Shown: in pieces, positions 18,879-29,776 of the stretch
Layout: each line of letters starts with the position of its first letter
Position numbering within the stretch: position 1 is the first letter of the stretch
Source of the DNA: Candidatus Woesebacteria bacterium
Lineage (GTDB): Bacteria; Patescibacteriota; Microgenomatia; UBA8517
Assembly (NCBI GenBank): GCA_963784785.1
Contig: CAWASW010000007.1
Coordinates: 2,394-66,393 of the forward strand
Length of the DNA: 64,000 nt
Direction of reading: 5' to 3'
The notes under the pieces: model-generated
Seen by the model: only the letters and a program-made list of their open reading frames with translations
Told to the model about the DNA's origin: nothing
Database searches by the model: none
Made by a program: the position numbers and the translations under genes

Positions 18879-19946
18879 CTATTTGGATCCTCTAACTAGC
18901 CTATTTAATTCTTCTGGTCTTACTGACCACTCTTGAGCGACATCTAATGATATTTGGCCTGATTTAATAAGACTTGCCAATGAATTTTCAAGAGTAGACA
19001 TTCCAGCTTCAAGTGAAGTCTGAATTATGGAATCTATTTGATGAGTTTTTCCATCTCTTATAGAGGTTTTAATAGCATTTGTGCCAAGCATAACTTCATG
19101 AGCAACAACTCTTCCGCCAGCAGTACCTGCAATAAGTCTTTGGGAAAAAACTGCTTCCAAAACGGAGGATAACTGCAGCCTTACTTGATTCTGTTGGTCT
19201 TCAGGAAAAACATCGACTATTCTGTCAATAGTTTGTGCTGCAGAATTAGTATGGAGTGTGGCAAAAACTAAATGACCAGTTTCTGCAATAGTTAATGCCG
19301 CTGATATCGTTTCAAAGTCTCTCATTTCACCAACCAAAACAACGTCAGGATCTTCTCGAAGAACAGAACGAAGTGCCACCTGCCATGAATGGGTATCAGA
19401 TCTCATTTCTCGTTGCGATATTATTGATTTATCTGGTCGAAATACAAACTCAATAGGATCTTCAATAGTTACAATGTGACATGATCTATTTTTATTTATC
19501 TCTTCAATAATTGCTGCAAGTGTCGTCGATTTACCATGTCCAGTTGGTCCAGTTACAAGAACTAATCCTTGTCTTAAATTTGTGAAGCTATGTGCAACTT
19601 TCGGTAATTTTAAGCTATCAAAACTTGGAATTTCTAAAGGGATTCTTCTAAAAGCTGCTGCAAAAGATCCTTTTTGAGTATAGGCATTGACACGGAACCT
19701 AGCTTTTTCGTTAAACGATAAAGAAAAGTCTATCTCCTTATTTACGTTAAGTCTTTCAAACTGTTCACCTGTCAAAATTTTTTTCAATCCTTCTGAAATA
19801 ATTTCAGGCGTTAATATTCCTTCGTTTGGAATACTTTTTAGTTCTCCATCTACTCTAACGGTAGGAGGTACTCCTGCAACCAAATGTAAATCAGATGCAT
19901 TTAAATCGATTTCTGTTTGTAAAAAACTTTTTATATCAATAGCCAT
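18879..19946 (-). CDS. pilT: twitching motility retraction ATPase PilT
   Basis: 355 aa; N-terminus DLHLVAGVPPTVRVDGEL, Walker A GPTGHGKSTTLAAII, and the His box. Confidence 0.85.
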   Translation of the reverse strand: MAIDIKSFLQTEIDLNASDLHLVAGVPPTVRVDGELKSIPNEGILTPEIISEGLKKILTGEQFERLNVNKEIDFSLSFNEKARFRVNAYTQKGSFAAAFRRIPLEIPSFDSLKLPKVAHSFTNLRQGLVLVTGPTGHGKSTTLAAIIEEINKNRSCHIVTIEDPIEFVFRPDKSIISQREMRSDTHSWQVALRSVLREDPDVVLVGEMRDFETISAALTIAETGHLVFATLHTNSAAQTIDRIVDVFPEDQQNQVRLQLSSVLEAVFSQRLIAGTAGGRVVAHEVMLGTNAIKTSIRDGKTHQIDSIIQTSLEAGMSTLENSLASLIKSGQISLDVAQEWSVRPEELNRLVRGSK

Positions 19947-19988
19947 ATTTTTATATCTAATTATTATTCTTGCGCAACTCTTTTGGCA

Positions 19989-21725
19989 CTATTCCTGTGC
20001 CACACGTAGTACCTCTTCTATAGTAGTTTCCCCTTCTAAAACTTTCAAGTACCCATCTTGTTTTAATGTAATCATTCCTTCTTCTTTGGCCTTCTTTTCG
20101 ATGTCTGTTGCAGTTGATCTTTCAAGAATCATTCTGCCAATAGAATCAGTAACTGGTAAAACTTCAAATAAGCCAACTCTGCCATAATAACCTGAATTTC
20201 CACATTCTTGGCAACCCTTTCCTTTATATATCTTTCCATCATGATCCTTAGGCCAAAGCGGTCCCAAAACAGTTTTGATTTCCTCAATTATTTTAGGGTC
20301 TGGAATATAAGATTCTTTACAAGCATCATGAACTTTTCTGGCTACTCTCTGTGCCATAATAGCCGTCATAGATGATGTTAATAAGTATGGTTCTGCTCCC
20401 ATATCAAGCATACGAGGAAGTGAACCTGCCGCATTATTAGTATGTAATGTTGAAAAGACTAAATGTCCTGTAAGAGATGCTTGAATTGCAAGGTCTGCAG
20501 TTTCCTTATCACGAATTTCTCCCACAAGTATGATGTTTGGGTCTTGCCTCAAAAATGACTTAAGTCCTGAAGCAAAAGTTAATCCAACTGCAGTATTTAT
20601 TTGTACCTGATTAACTCCCACCATCTTATATTCAATAGGATCCTCCAAAGTAACAATATTTACTTTTGGTGTATTAATTTTTGAGATAATCGAATAAAGG
20701 GTAGTGGTTTTACCTGATCCGGTTGGACCACAGATTAATATAATTCCATGAGGACGGAGGATAGCATCTTGCAAATTTTTAAGTGCTTTTCCACGAAGTC
20801 CCAAGGTTGGAAGGTCGGGAACACCGCCAGTCTTTTTAAGAAGTCTCATAACAATCTTTTCACCCCACGCTGTTGGAAGTGAAGACACACGAAGGTCAGT
20901 GTCCTGATCATCTGCTTTAAAATTAAATCTACCATCTTGTGGAATTCTTTTTTCATCAATCTTCATCTCTGACAAAATCTTAATACGCGAGATTAAAGAT
21001 TCATGAAGCTCCCGAGGAATAGTCAATTTCTCAACTAGAATTCCATCGATTCTATATCGAACACGTGTTGCTCTTTCCTCTGGTTCTATGTGTATGTCGG
21101 ATGACCTTGACTTGACAGCAAATTCTAGAATATGGCTTACAATCTCTGATATTTTTTCTTCCCTGATAAATCCGATTTTATAGTTTTCTGTAGGTCTTGC
21201 ATTTTTCTCTGGAGCAACTTCTTTTAAAGCTTCTGTAACTTCTTGAGAAAGGGATGTTGCATATCTATTTATAATGACGTCCATAATCTTATCTTCTTCT
21301 GCAGCCATAGGCTTGACTCGAAGCCCTGTCTTTCTTTCCACGAATTCTATAGCAGTCAGGTTCATTGGATCTGCCATAGCTAAAGTAATAGTTTTACCAA
21401 TTTTATCTACTCCCACAGGGAAAACTTTAAATTTCGTAGATATTTCTTGAGGCAATACAGACATTGCTTCAGGAGATGAAGGAGATGTAGCAAGATCTAC
21501 ATAAGGTATGTTGTAAAGAGAAGCTTTTGCTTTTACTAAGTCCGCATTTGAAACAAGATTTTGTTTTTTGATTATCTCTTCCTGAGTAGTACCATATTGG
21601 ACTTCGGCCATCTTAATTTGGTCAGCTCTTTCTTGAGTAAGAGAACCTAAGGAGACTAAGATATCAGACAAATTAGTACCGGTGGCAGTAGGTGACATAC
21701 AATAAATAATATCATAAGATAACAA
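19989..21725 (-). CDS. pilB: type IV pilus assembly ATPase PilB (GspE family)
   Basis: 578 aa with an N-terminal GspE-N domain, Walker A GPTGSGKTTTLY and a C-terminal CxxC tetracysteine. Confidence 0.85.
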   Translation of the reverse strand: MLSYDIIYCMSPTATGTNLSDILVSLGSLTQERADQIKMAEVQYGTTQEEIIKKQNLVSNADLVKAKASLYNIPYVDLATSPSSPEAMSVLPQEISTKFKVFPVGVDKIGKTITLAMADPMNLTAIEFVERKTGLRVKPMAAEEDKIMDVIINRYATSLSQEVTEALKEVAPEKNARPTENYKIGFIREEKISEIVSHILEFAVKSRSSDIHIEPEERATRVRYRIDGILVEKLTIPRELHESLISRIKILSEMKIDEKRIPQDGRFNFKADDQDTDLRVSSLPTAWGEKIVMRLLKKTGGVPDLPTLGLRGKALKNLQDAILRPHGIILICGPTGSGKTTTLYSIISKINTPKVNIVTLEDPIEYKMVGVNQVQINTAVGLTFASGLKSFLRQDPNIILVGEIRDKETADLAIQASLTGHLVFSTLHTNNAAGSLPRMLDMGAEPYLLTSSMTAIMAQRVARKVHDACKESYIPDPKIIEEIKTVLGPLWPKDHDGKIYKGKGCQECGNSGYYGRVGLFEVLPVTDSIGRMILERSTATDIEKKAKEEGMITLKQDGYLKVLEGETTIEEVLRVAQE

Positions 21726-21729
21726 TTAA

Positions 21730-22275
21730 ATGCACGCATTTATAATGACAGGACAAAGTACAGAGTACGTGGTACACAGAGAGAACATAGATAAACAAAT
21801 ACCATTTGTGCTACAAAAAATTGATGATGTCAGAGAACTTAAAAAATTAGTTAAATTTAGCTTCTCAGAGAAGACTGCAATAATAATTCAAGATATAGAC
21901 AAAATAACGACAGAAGCTGCAAATGCTTTTTTAAAAAATCTAGAAGAACCCACAAAAAATATAATATATATACTTACGGCTAGTAATTTGAGTAATGTAT
22001 TGCCGACGATAATTTCAAGATGTGAAGTAATTAGGTTACAGAGGATAGGGGATAGGTTACAGGGAAAACATTTGAATTACAGAGATGCGCTTAACATTAA
22101 GGATCGGGAAGAGGCAATTAAATTTATTGAAGAATTGATATTTACAGACCATGAGAAAAATATTTTTAATAATATGGAAAATTATCTAAATACTATTAAA
22201 AATTTAAAAGCTAACGGTAATGTCTCTTTACAGTTAACCAATTTTGTTGTTAAAATGAGCAGCGCTACAATTTAA
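21730..22275 (+). CDS. holB: DNA polymerase III delta-prime-like protein (short form)
   Basis: 181 aa containing QDIDKITTEAANAFLKNLEEP and TIISRCEVIRL (sensor motifs of clamp-loader delta-prime). The Walker A region is degenerate, and the gene is coupled upstream of gyrB. Confidence 0.5.
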   Translation: MHAFIMTGQSTEYVVHRENIDKQIPFVLQKIDDVRELKKLVKFSFSEKTAIIIQDIDKITTEAANAFLKNLEEPTKNIIYILTASNLSNVLPTIISRCEVIRLQRIGDRLQGKHLNYRDALNIKDREEAIKFIEELIFTDHEKNIFNNMENYLNTIKNLKANGNVSLQLTNFVVKMSSATI

Positions 22276-22280
22276 ACTAA

Positions 22281-24206
<1,926 letters not shown>

Positions 24207-24278
24207 GGAACTATAAGTTAAAATCCAATCTGAGATTTTCATTTAGATTTTACTTTCTCAAGAAAGGAGAAAAATTCA

Positions 24279-24458
24279 ATGGATATATTTCGAATCAAGA
24301 TTGCCGCGGTTGTCAAACGAACTGGATTGCCAGTTTCATTAGAAGTCGACATTCAAGCTGATTCACAAGCAGACGCAATTCGCGCCGGCTTGGAACAAGC
24401 GAAATCGACCTGGTTGACGTCAGACGGCTTTCACAAACAATCGTCCGTAGCAATTTAG
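24279..24458 (+). CDS. small hypothetical protein (59 aa) in a local GC-rich island
   Basis: Good SD (AAGGAGAAAAATTCAATG), local GC far above the window background, and a strong intrinsic terminator immediately after. Not in the supplied ORF track because it is under 60 aa. Confidence 0.35.
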   Translation: MDIFRIKIAAVVKRTGLPVSLEVDIQADSQADAIRAGLEQAKSTWLTSDGFHKQSSVAI

Positions 24459-24465
24459 CACGAAG

Positions 24466-24518
24466 CTCTGATTTGGTTGAACCACAAGCACGTAGACCAA
24501 ATCAGAGTTATTTTTTTG
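24466..24518. terminator. rho-independent terminator (bidirectional position between convergent genes)
   Basis: 12-bp perfect stem CTCTGATTTGGT/ACCAAATCAGAG followed by TTATTTTTTTG. Confidence 0.7.
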
Positions 24519-24520
24519 TC

Positions 24521-25063
24521 TTAAAACATCACACCTCCGAGGTGTGATGTTGTTTTAAACCTTTTTTCTGTTTTATCTCTTCTATAAGAGGGGGGTGATG
24601 TGTGTTCAAAAGTACACCTTGTATCAACTTTGATATTTTTTTCGATTACTCCAAGTTTAACTAACTGATTTGTTGCAATATCTTTTAGAGAGAGATATTT
24701 TCCTGTTCCGGGAAAAAGTACAGTAAATTCTTCTCCAACTTCATAATGTTTCTGGCAAATATGTGGTCCAATCTTTATTTTTATATCCTTCAGATTACAT
24801 TCATATTCAGTAATTAATTTATTAATTGCATTCTTAATTATTTCTTTTTGTAACCCTCTCCAGCCAGCATGTACAAGAGCAACAACTTTTTTACTGTCGT
24901 CCCAAATAGAAATAGGTAAACAATCTGCAGTTCGGACAACCAATGTAACCTCAGGATCACCCGTAATTAATCCATCGCAGTTTAGAATCAGTTCTGGAGA
25001 ATTTCTATCAACGACAACCACATTATTACCATGTACTTGTTGCATATATATATTATTTTTCAT
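24521..25063 (-). CDS. pgeF: YfiH/PgeF (DUF152) laccase-domain protein, peptidoglycan-editing factor-like
   Basis: MQQVHGNNVVVV...TADCLPI...HAGWRG motifs are typical of the YfiH family; short form of 180 aa. Confidence 0.7.
   Translation of the reverse strand: MKNNIYMQQVHGNNVVVVDRNSPELILNCDGLITGDPEVTLVVRTADCLPISIWDDSKKVVALVHAGWRGLQKEIIKNAINKLITEYECNLKDIKIKIGPHICQKHYEVGEEFTVLFPGTGKYLSLKDIATNQLVKLGVIEKNIKVDTRCTFEHTSPPSYRRDKTEKRFKTTSHLGGVMF
24525..24551. repeat. REP-like palindrome copy a (AACATCACACCT-ccg-AGGTGTGATGTT)
   Basis: 12-bp perfect inverted repeat with a 3-nt loop, directly after the yfiH stop; same core as copies b and c. Confidence 0.7.
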
Positions 25064-25069
25064 ATGTCT

Positions 25070-25100
25070 AAAAAATCACACCTACTAGGTGTGATTTTTT
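25070..25100. repeat. REP-like palindrome copy b (AAAAAATCACACCT-act-AGGTGTGATTTTTT)
   Basis: 14-bp inverted repeat with a 3-nt loop, lying between the yfiH start and the stop of the disrupted RAYT-like gene. Confidence 0.7.
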
Positions 25101-25318
25101 TACTCCTTCTCCATAAGATGTTCCATTTGTTTTAAGGTCTTTTGATAATCCGCCCTGTCAAAAACGAAATTTTTGTAATCTTCTCGCGATTTAAAATAAG
25201 ACATTATCATTTCTTTGTCACATATTGGATCGTCTTCACCGCCAATGTATTCACGTAGTGAAGACCACTCATATTTTCTCAGAGAATCAATAGAATCAAC
25301 AACTGATGACGAATAAGG

Positions 25319-25838
25319 AATAAAAAACACATGGCATAAATGCCATGGTTTTACCCCTTCTGTGGCATACTTTCCACTTGATTTTTAATGTATTTTTTAA
25401 CCTGGATGAAACTTGTTGCACCCACTGATTCTGCAAAGTAGCCATCAGACCAGAATGAGTCACCCCAAAGAAATTCTTCTAACTCTGGAAATTCTTTCCT
25501 TAAGATTCTTGATGAACCACCTTTCAGTTGGTTAACAACTTTTGAGATGGACAAGTTTGGTTGGATTTGTATAAGCATATGTACATGATCATGCAATATT
25601 GTAATTTCTTCAATCCACCAGTTGTTAACCTCACATGCTTTGAAGAATAAGTCTTTAAGTCTTGTAGCTACTTTGCCACGTAATATCCTTTTTCTGTATT
25701 TTGGTAAAAATACCAAATGAATCATAATTCTGTGCTTTGTGTGTGCACCATGCCAGTACTTTAACATTTCCCTCAAGTATGCCACAAACTATACTTGCTC
25801 CACCAGCCTAAAGGCTGGGGATTAATGTGCAGAAGATT
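25319..25838 (-). mobile_element. IS200-type insertion sequence (tnpA only), copy 1
   Basis: 520 bp, apparently identical to 50520..51039. Subterminal hairpins CATGGCAT-aa-ATGCCATG (25330..25347) and CCAGCC-taaa-GGCTGG (25803..25818). No inverted repeats or obvious target duplication, as expected for IS200/IS605 elements. Confidence 0.8.
25351..25785 (-). CDS. tnpA: IS200/IS605-family Y1 HUH transposase TnpA
   Basis: 144 aa with HVHMLI (HuH) and catalytic Tyr context DGYFAESVG; GTG start; protein identical to the second copy at 50552..50986. Confidence 0.85.
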   Translation of the reverse strand: MAYLREMLKYWHGAHTKHRIMIHLVFLPKYRKRILRGKVATRLKDLFFKACEVNNWWIEEITILHDHVHMLIQIQPNLSISKVVNQLKGGSSRILRKEFPELEEFLWGDSFWSDGYFAESVGATSFIQVKKYIKNQVESMPQKG

Positions 25839-26301
25839 CAAATGCACGTATCGTGATAGATGTAACAATTGTTCTTCAGAATCAACTAATTTATTTTGAA
25901 ATTTATCCATAAACAAATTGCCAACTCTTTTGTTTTTGGTATTGTAATAACGAGTATAACTATTTTCGAAGTTGCTTATAAATTTTGATATCCCTCCGTC
26001 AGTTTCTTGACGCAAGATAAAATGAAAATGATTTGGCATTAAGCAATATGCCATTATTGAAACTAATTTATTACCCCAGCTACTTTCAACCAATTTTTCT
26101 ATCCTCTTAGTACTGTATCTTACAAAATAAGATAACCTGACAGGAGGAGAATCGAATCTGTAAAATTTTATGGCCTGATATGCACGCAACTTTTCATTAA
26201 AATCAGTAAATGTTGGTCTTTTGTCTAATCCTCGGTTATATATATGATAGATTTCACCAGTAACCAATGGCGTTTTTCTAATCATTGCCATAATTAATAT
26301 T

Positions 26302-26322
26302 ATCACACCCGCGAGGTGTGAT
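26302..26322. repeat. REP-like palindrome copy c (ATCACACC-cgcga-GGTGTGAT)
   Basis: 8-bp arms sharing the ATCACACC/GGTGTGAT core, about 10 nt upstream of the RAYT-like gene start and followed by a T-run. Confidence 0.6.
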
Positions 26323-26370
26323 GTTTTTTTAGTGCTTGAAAGTAAATAAAATAAAACTATAATTTACAAT

Positions 26371-26901
26371 ATGAATCTTGTTCATGACATATCTTTCGGA
26401 GAGGAAAATAAAACTTTAAACACCTTCATTGAGATTCCAAAAGGTTCAATGCACAAAATTGAGTACAATACTGAACTTGGAATATTTGTTTTAGATAGAG
26501 TTGAGCCAGAAATTTTTGCAAAGCCTGTCAATTATGGTTTTATTCCACGAACATGGGACGAAGATAATGATCCACTTGATACTTTAGTTATTACATCAGA
26601 ATCTCTTCCAACAGGCGTTATGGTTAAAGCAAAAGTAATTGGTGTTTTAAACTTTATTGATGGGGGAGAACCTGATCACAAAGTTGTTTGTATGCCAGAA
26701 GATGACAGGAATGACGGAAATACTATTAATGACATTTCAGACCTTCCAGAAGTATGGAAAAATAAATTAGTTCATCACTTTACTCATTACAAAGACCTTA
26801 AAAAACCAGGTAGTACTGAGGTTCTTGGTTGGGGAGATAGAGATGAAGCATGGAAGTTAATCATGGAATGCAACACAAGGTATACAGCTAAATTTAAATA
26901 A
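26371..26901 (+). CDS. ppa: inorganic pyrophosphatase
   Basis: 176 aa with IEIPKGS...KIEY and YGFIPRT...DGDPLD family-I PPase motifs. Confidence 0.9.
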   Translation: MNLVHDISFGEENKTLNTFIEIPKGSMHKIEYNTELGIFVLDRVEPEIFAKPVNYGFIPRTWDEDNDPLDTLVITSESLPTGVMVKAKVIGVLNFIDGGEPDHKVVCMPEDDRNDGNTINDISDLPEVWKNKLVHHFTHYKDLKKPGSTEVLGWGDRDEAWKLIMECNTRYTAKFK

Positions 26902-27513
26902 TCAAAAAAGCGAATCTTGAACCTCGGCAGGCACTTCAATTACAGGATAACTAAAATCAACATCTATTGTTTTTATATCATTCCAATAATCCTTGAAAGT
27001 TAATGTTTTATTTTTAAGTCCATAATCCAAAACTTCTTTAGTGAGTCTTACATCTTCCTCACAATAAAATTTAAGTTTTCTCAAAGATTCTTCATCATGT
27101 TTTGCCCAGTAGGTAATTGCGTTCCTTGGGTCATCTGCCTTGTGATCTCCAAGTGTCCCGTTTGCTATTGCCCCAAGAGAAATCCTCTTTCCGTTTACGT
27201 TTCTAACAATTTCCAAAATATCCAAATGTGGAATTTTTGTAAGTCCTATTGGTAAGTAATTTCTTAATGCAGGAACATCAAAATGTTTCGAATTAAAACC
27301 TACAATTCTATCTGCTTTGCTAAAAATATCCCAAGCCTTAGCTAAATCTGGCTCAAAAAAAGATATCATTTCACCTTTAATTTCTTTGAAATTTTCATCA
27401 AGAGTTCTTACATACATAGACAGGATTGAAACGCCAAGATCAACAGGATCTGAGCCTTCTATTTCATCAAAAAACTTTTGTGTTTCTAAATCAAAAATTA
27501 TTTCTGTAAACAT
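26902..27513 (-). CDS. DEDDy-type 3'-5' exonuclease (RNase H-like fold)
   Basis: Start trimmed to MFTEIIFDLETQ (Exo I); VGFNSKHFDVPAL (Exo II) and YCEEDVRLT (Exo III YxxxD) are present. The longer track ORF would overlap the malic enzyme gene. Confidence 0.55.
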   Translation of the reverse strand: MFTEIIFDLETQKFFDEIEGSDPVDLGVSILSMYVRTLDENFKEIKGEMISFFEPDLAKAWDIFSKADRIVGFNSKHFDVPALRNYLPIGLTKIPHLDILEIVRNVNGKRISLGAIANGTLGDHKADDPRNAITYWAKHDEESLRKLKFYCEEDVRLTKEVLDYGLKNKTLTFKDYWNDIKTIDVDFSYPVIEVPAEVQDSLF

Positions 27514-27556
27514 AAGAAGAAAACATAAGTAAAAAGAAGTATACTGTATGTCATAA

Positions 27557-28676
27557 ATGGACTCAATCGCATACCATAAAAAATACAAAGGTAAAATTGG
27601 AACAGAGTTAAAATCTCCTATAGACAACAAGGCAGATCTTTCACTTGCATATACACCAGGCGTCGCTACGGTTAGTTTGGAACTTGCCAAAAACAACAAT
27701 AAAGCACGAGAATTATCATTAAAATCAAACACTATTGCAGTTTTATCTGACGGATCTGCTGTCTTGGGGCTTGGAAATATCGGACCGTATGGCGCAATAC
27801 CTGTCATGGAGGGAAAGGCGGCCTTGTTCAAAAAGTTTGGCAATGTTGACGCTTTTCCAATTTGTGTTAACACTCAAAATAATGAGGAAATAATTGCACT
27901 TGCCAAAAATATTGCACCTGTATTCGGAGGTATAAACCTCGAGGATATCGAGGCTCCAAGATGCTTTGAAATTGAACGGCGTTTGATCAAGGAGCTTGAT
28001 ATTCCTGTAATGCACGACGATCAACACGGAACTGCAGTAGTAGTTTTGGCAGCTTTAATTAGTGCCATTAAAATTACGAAGAAAGACAAGTTCGCCAAAA
28101 TAGTAATTAATGGCGCCGGGGCTGCAGGTACTGCAATTTGTGATTTACTTTTAGAATATGGATTTAAGAATATCGTAATAGCAGATAGCAAAGGAGCAAT
28201 TTCAAAAAAAAAGAGGTGATTTAAACGAGGAGAAGAAAAGATTAATCAAAATCACCAACAAAACAAATGAAGTAGGGGATATCCATGAAATAATAAAGGG
28301 GAAAGATGTTTTTATTGGTGTAAGCAAAGGTAATTTAATTAACGAAACCGATATTAAAAACATGGCTAAAAACGCAATAGTTTTTGCTATGGCAAATCCA
28401 ACACCCGAAATTATGCCCGACATAGCTAAAATTGGTGGTGCAATGGTAGTAGCAACAGGCAGAAGCGATTTTAACAATCAAATAAATAATGTTTTGGCTT
28501 TCCCTGGTATTTTTAGAGGAGCACTTGATAACAAAGTAAAAAGAATTACTAATAAAATGCTAATTCAAGCTGCCATAAACTTATCAAAACTAGTTAAAAA
28601 GCCTACCGTTGAAAAAATAATCCCAAATCCATTTGATAATGGAGTTCTAAAAGCCGTATCTTCTGCTATCAAGTAA
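27557..28676 (+). pseudogene. NAD(P)-dependent malic enzyme, interrupted by a -1/+1 frameshift in an A9 homopolymer
   Basis: N-terminal ORF 27557..28219 (LAYTPGVATVS, GAGAAGTAI Rossmann) and C-terminal ORF 28362..28676 are joined into one malic-enzyme reading frame by removing one A from the run at 28204..28212. This is either a true pseudogene or a homopolymer sequencing error. Confidence 0.7.
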
Positions 28677-29631
28677 AATAACTATATTTTAAAGAATCTT
28701 TTCTTTGCTTTCTTTCGATAGCTAATCTTATTAATTCATCTAGTATCTCCGAATATTTTATCCCTGAAGCCTCTAATAATTTTGGGTACATACTTGTGTT
28801 TGTGAATCCAGGCAAAGTATTTATTTCATTAACTATAATTTTATTTTCTTTAGTCAAAAACATATCAACCCTAGCCATTCCGTAACATCCAAGTACTTTA
28901 AAGGTTTTGATGGCGATATCTTGTATTTCTTTCTCCAATTTTGTATCTAGCTTACATGGTATTACCAAAGCCGCTCTTTCTTTCTCTACGTATTTAGCCT
29001 CATAATCATAAAATGAATGTTTACCCTGAGGAATAACTTCTCCAACAGCAGGTGTAATTGGATCATTTCCTCCTAAAACAGACACTTCAATTTCACGACC
29101 ATTTATACACTCCTCAATAATTACCTTTGTGTCAAATAGAAAAGCTTCTTTAATTACAGGTATCAAATTCTTTATTTTATCAACTTTGGTAATACCTACA
29201 GAAGATCCAGAGTTACAAGGCTTTACAAACACAGGTAATTTGATATTTTTCAGTATGTGGTTAGTATTTTTCAGATCAGTTAAAACTACAAAATCGGCAA
29301 TGTTAATACTGGCGTCTCTTAACAATCTTTTTTGGACATCTTTATCAAAGCCAATTGCAGATCCTAGAACATCCGCCCCTATATAGGCTTTATCTTCTGT
29401 CTCAAAATAGCCTTGAAGCTTGCCATCTTCACCTCCAGTTCCGTGAATTATCGGAAAATACGCATCAATTCTTGAATTCGGCGTATTAAATTTTCCATTT
29501 TTATCGACAAAAATATCTATAACTTTATATTTATTCTTATCTAAATTTTTTCTAATAGACGATGCTGATTTCACTGATACTTCGTGTTCGCAAGACTTGC
29601 CTCCGTAAACCAAACCAACGTTTATTTTCAT
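28669..29631 (-). CDS. ddl: D-alanine--D-alanine ligase
   Basis: MKINVGLVYGGKSCEHEVSVKSA N-terminus with an ATP-grasp body; 320 aa. Confidence 0.9.
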   Translation of the reverse strand: MKINVGLVYGGKSCEHEVSVKSASSIRKNLDKNKYKVIDIFVDKNGKFNTPNSRIDAYFPIIHGTGGEDGKLQGYFETEDKAYIGADVLGSAIGFDKDVQKRLLRDASINIADFVVLTDLKNTNHILKNIKLPVFVKPCNSGSSVGITKVDKIKNLIPVIKEAFLFDTKVIIEECINGREIEVSVLGGNDPITPAVGEVIPQGKHSFYDYEAKYVEKERAALVIPCKLDTKLEKEIQDIAIKTFKVLGCYGMARVDMFLTKENKIIVNEINTLPGFTNTSMYPKLLEASGIKYSEILDELIRLAIERKQRKDSLKYSYFT

Positions 29632-29776
29632 AAAGTGTATTACAACAAATTAAGACAAAACATACAAAAAATAGCCTCTGCAAACTTTATTTGATCGTAA
29701 GTCGTGCCTAAACGAAATTCGTCCAATACTATTAGACATTGACTATGTTTTAGATACAAAGTATAATACAGTCACT

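Larger units (their letters stand above)
25100..26291 (-). pseudogene. REP-associated tyrosine transposase-like HUH/Y1 gene (COG1943 type), split by an IS200 insertion
   Basis: N-terminal part (25839..26291) carries YHIYNRG, LMPNHFHFIL (HuH) and SYTRYYN (Y1) motifs and ends ...RYVHL at the IS boundary. C-terminal part (25100..25318) carries YEWSSLREYIGG, resembling the conserved RAYT C-terminal motif. The two parts are in the same frame once 25319..25838 is removed. Confidence 0.65.

Noticed and set aside
24279-24458. GC-rich segment after gyrB as a tmRNA or tRNA
   Set aside because: No tRNA-like acceptor or T-arm ends, and no tag-peptide reading frame ending in a resume codon context. It is kept as a small ORF or unknown RNA instead.
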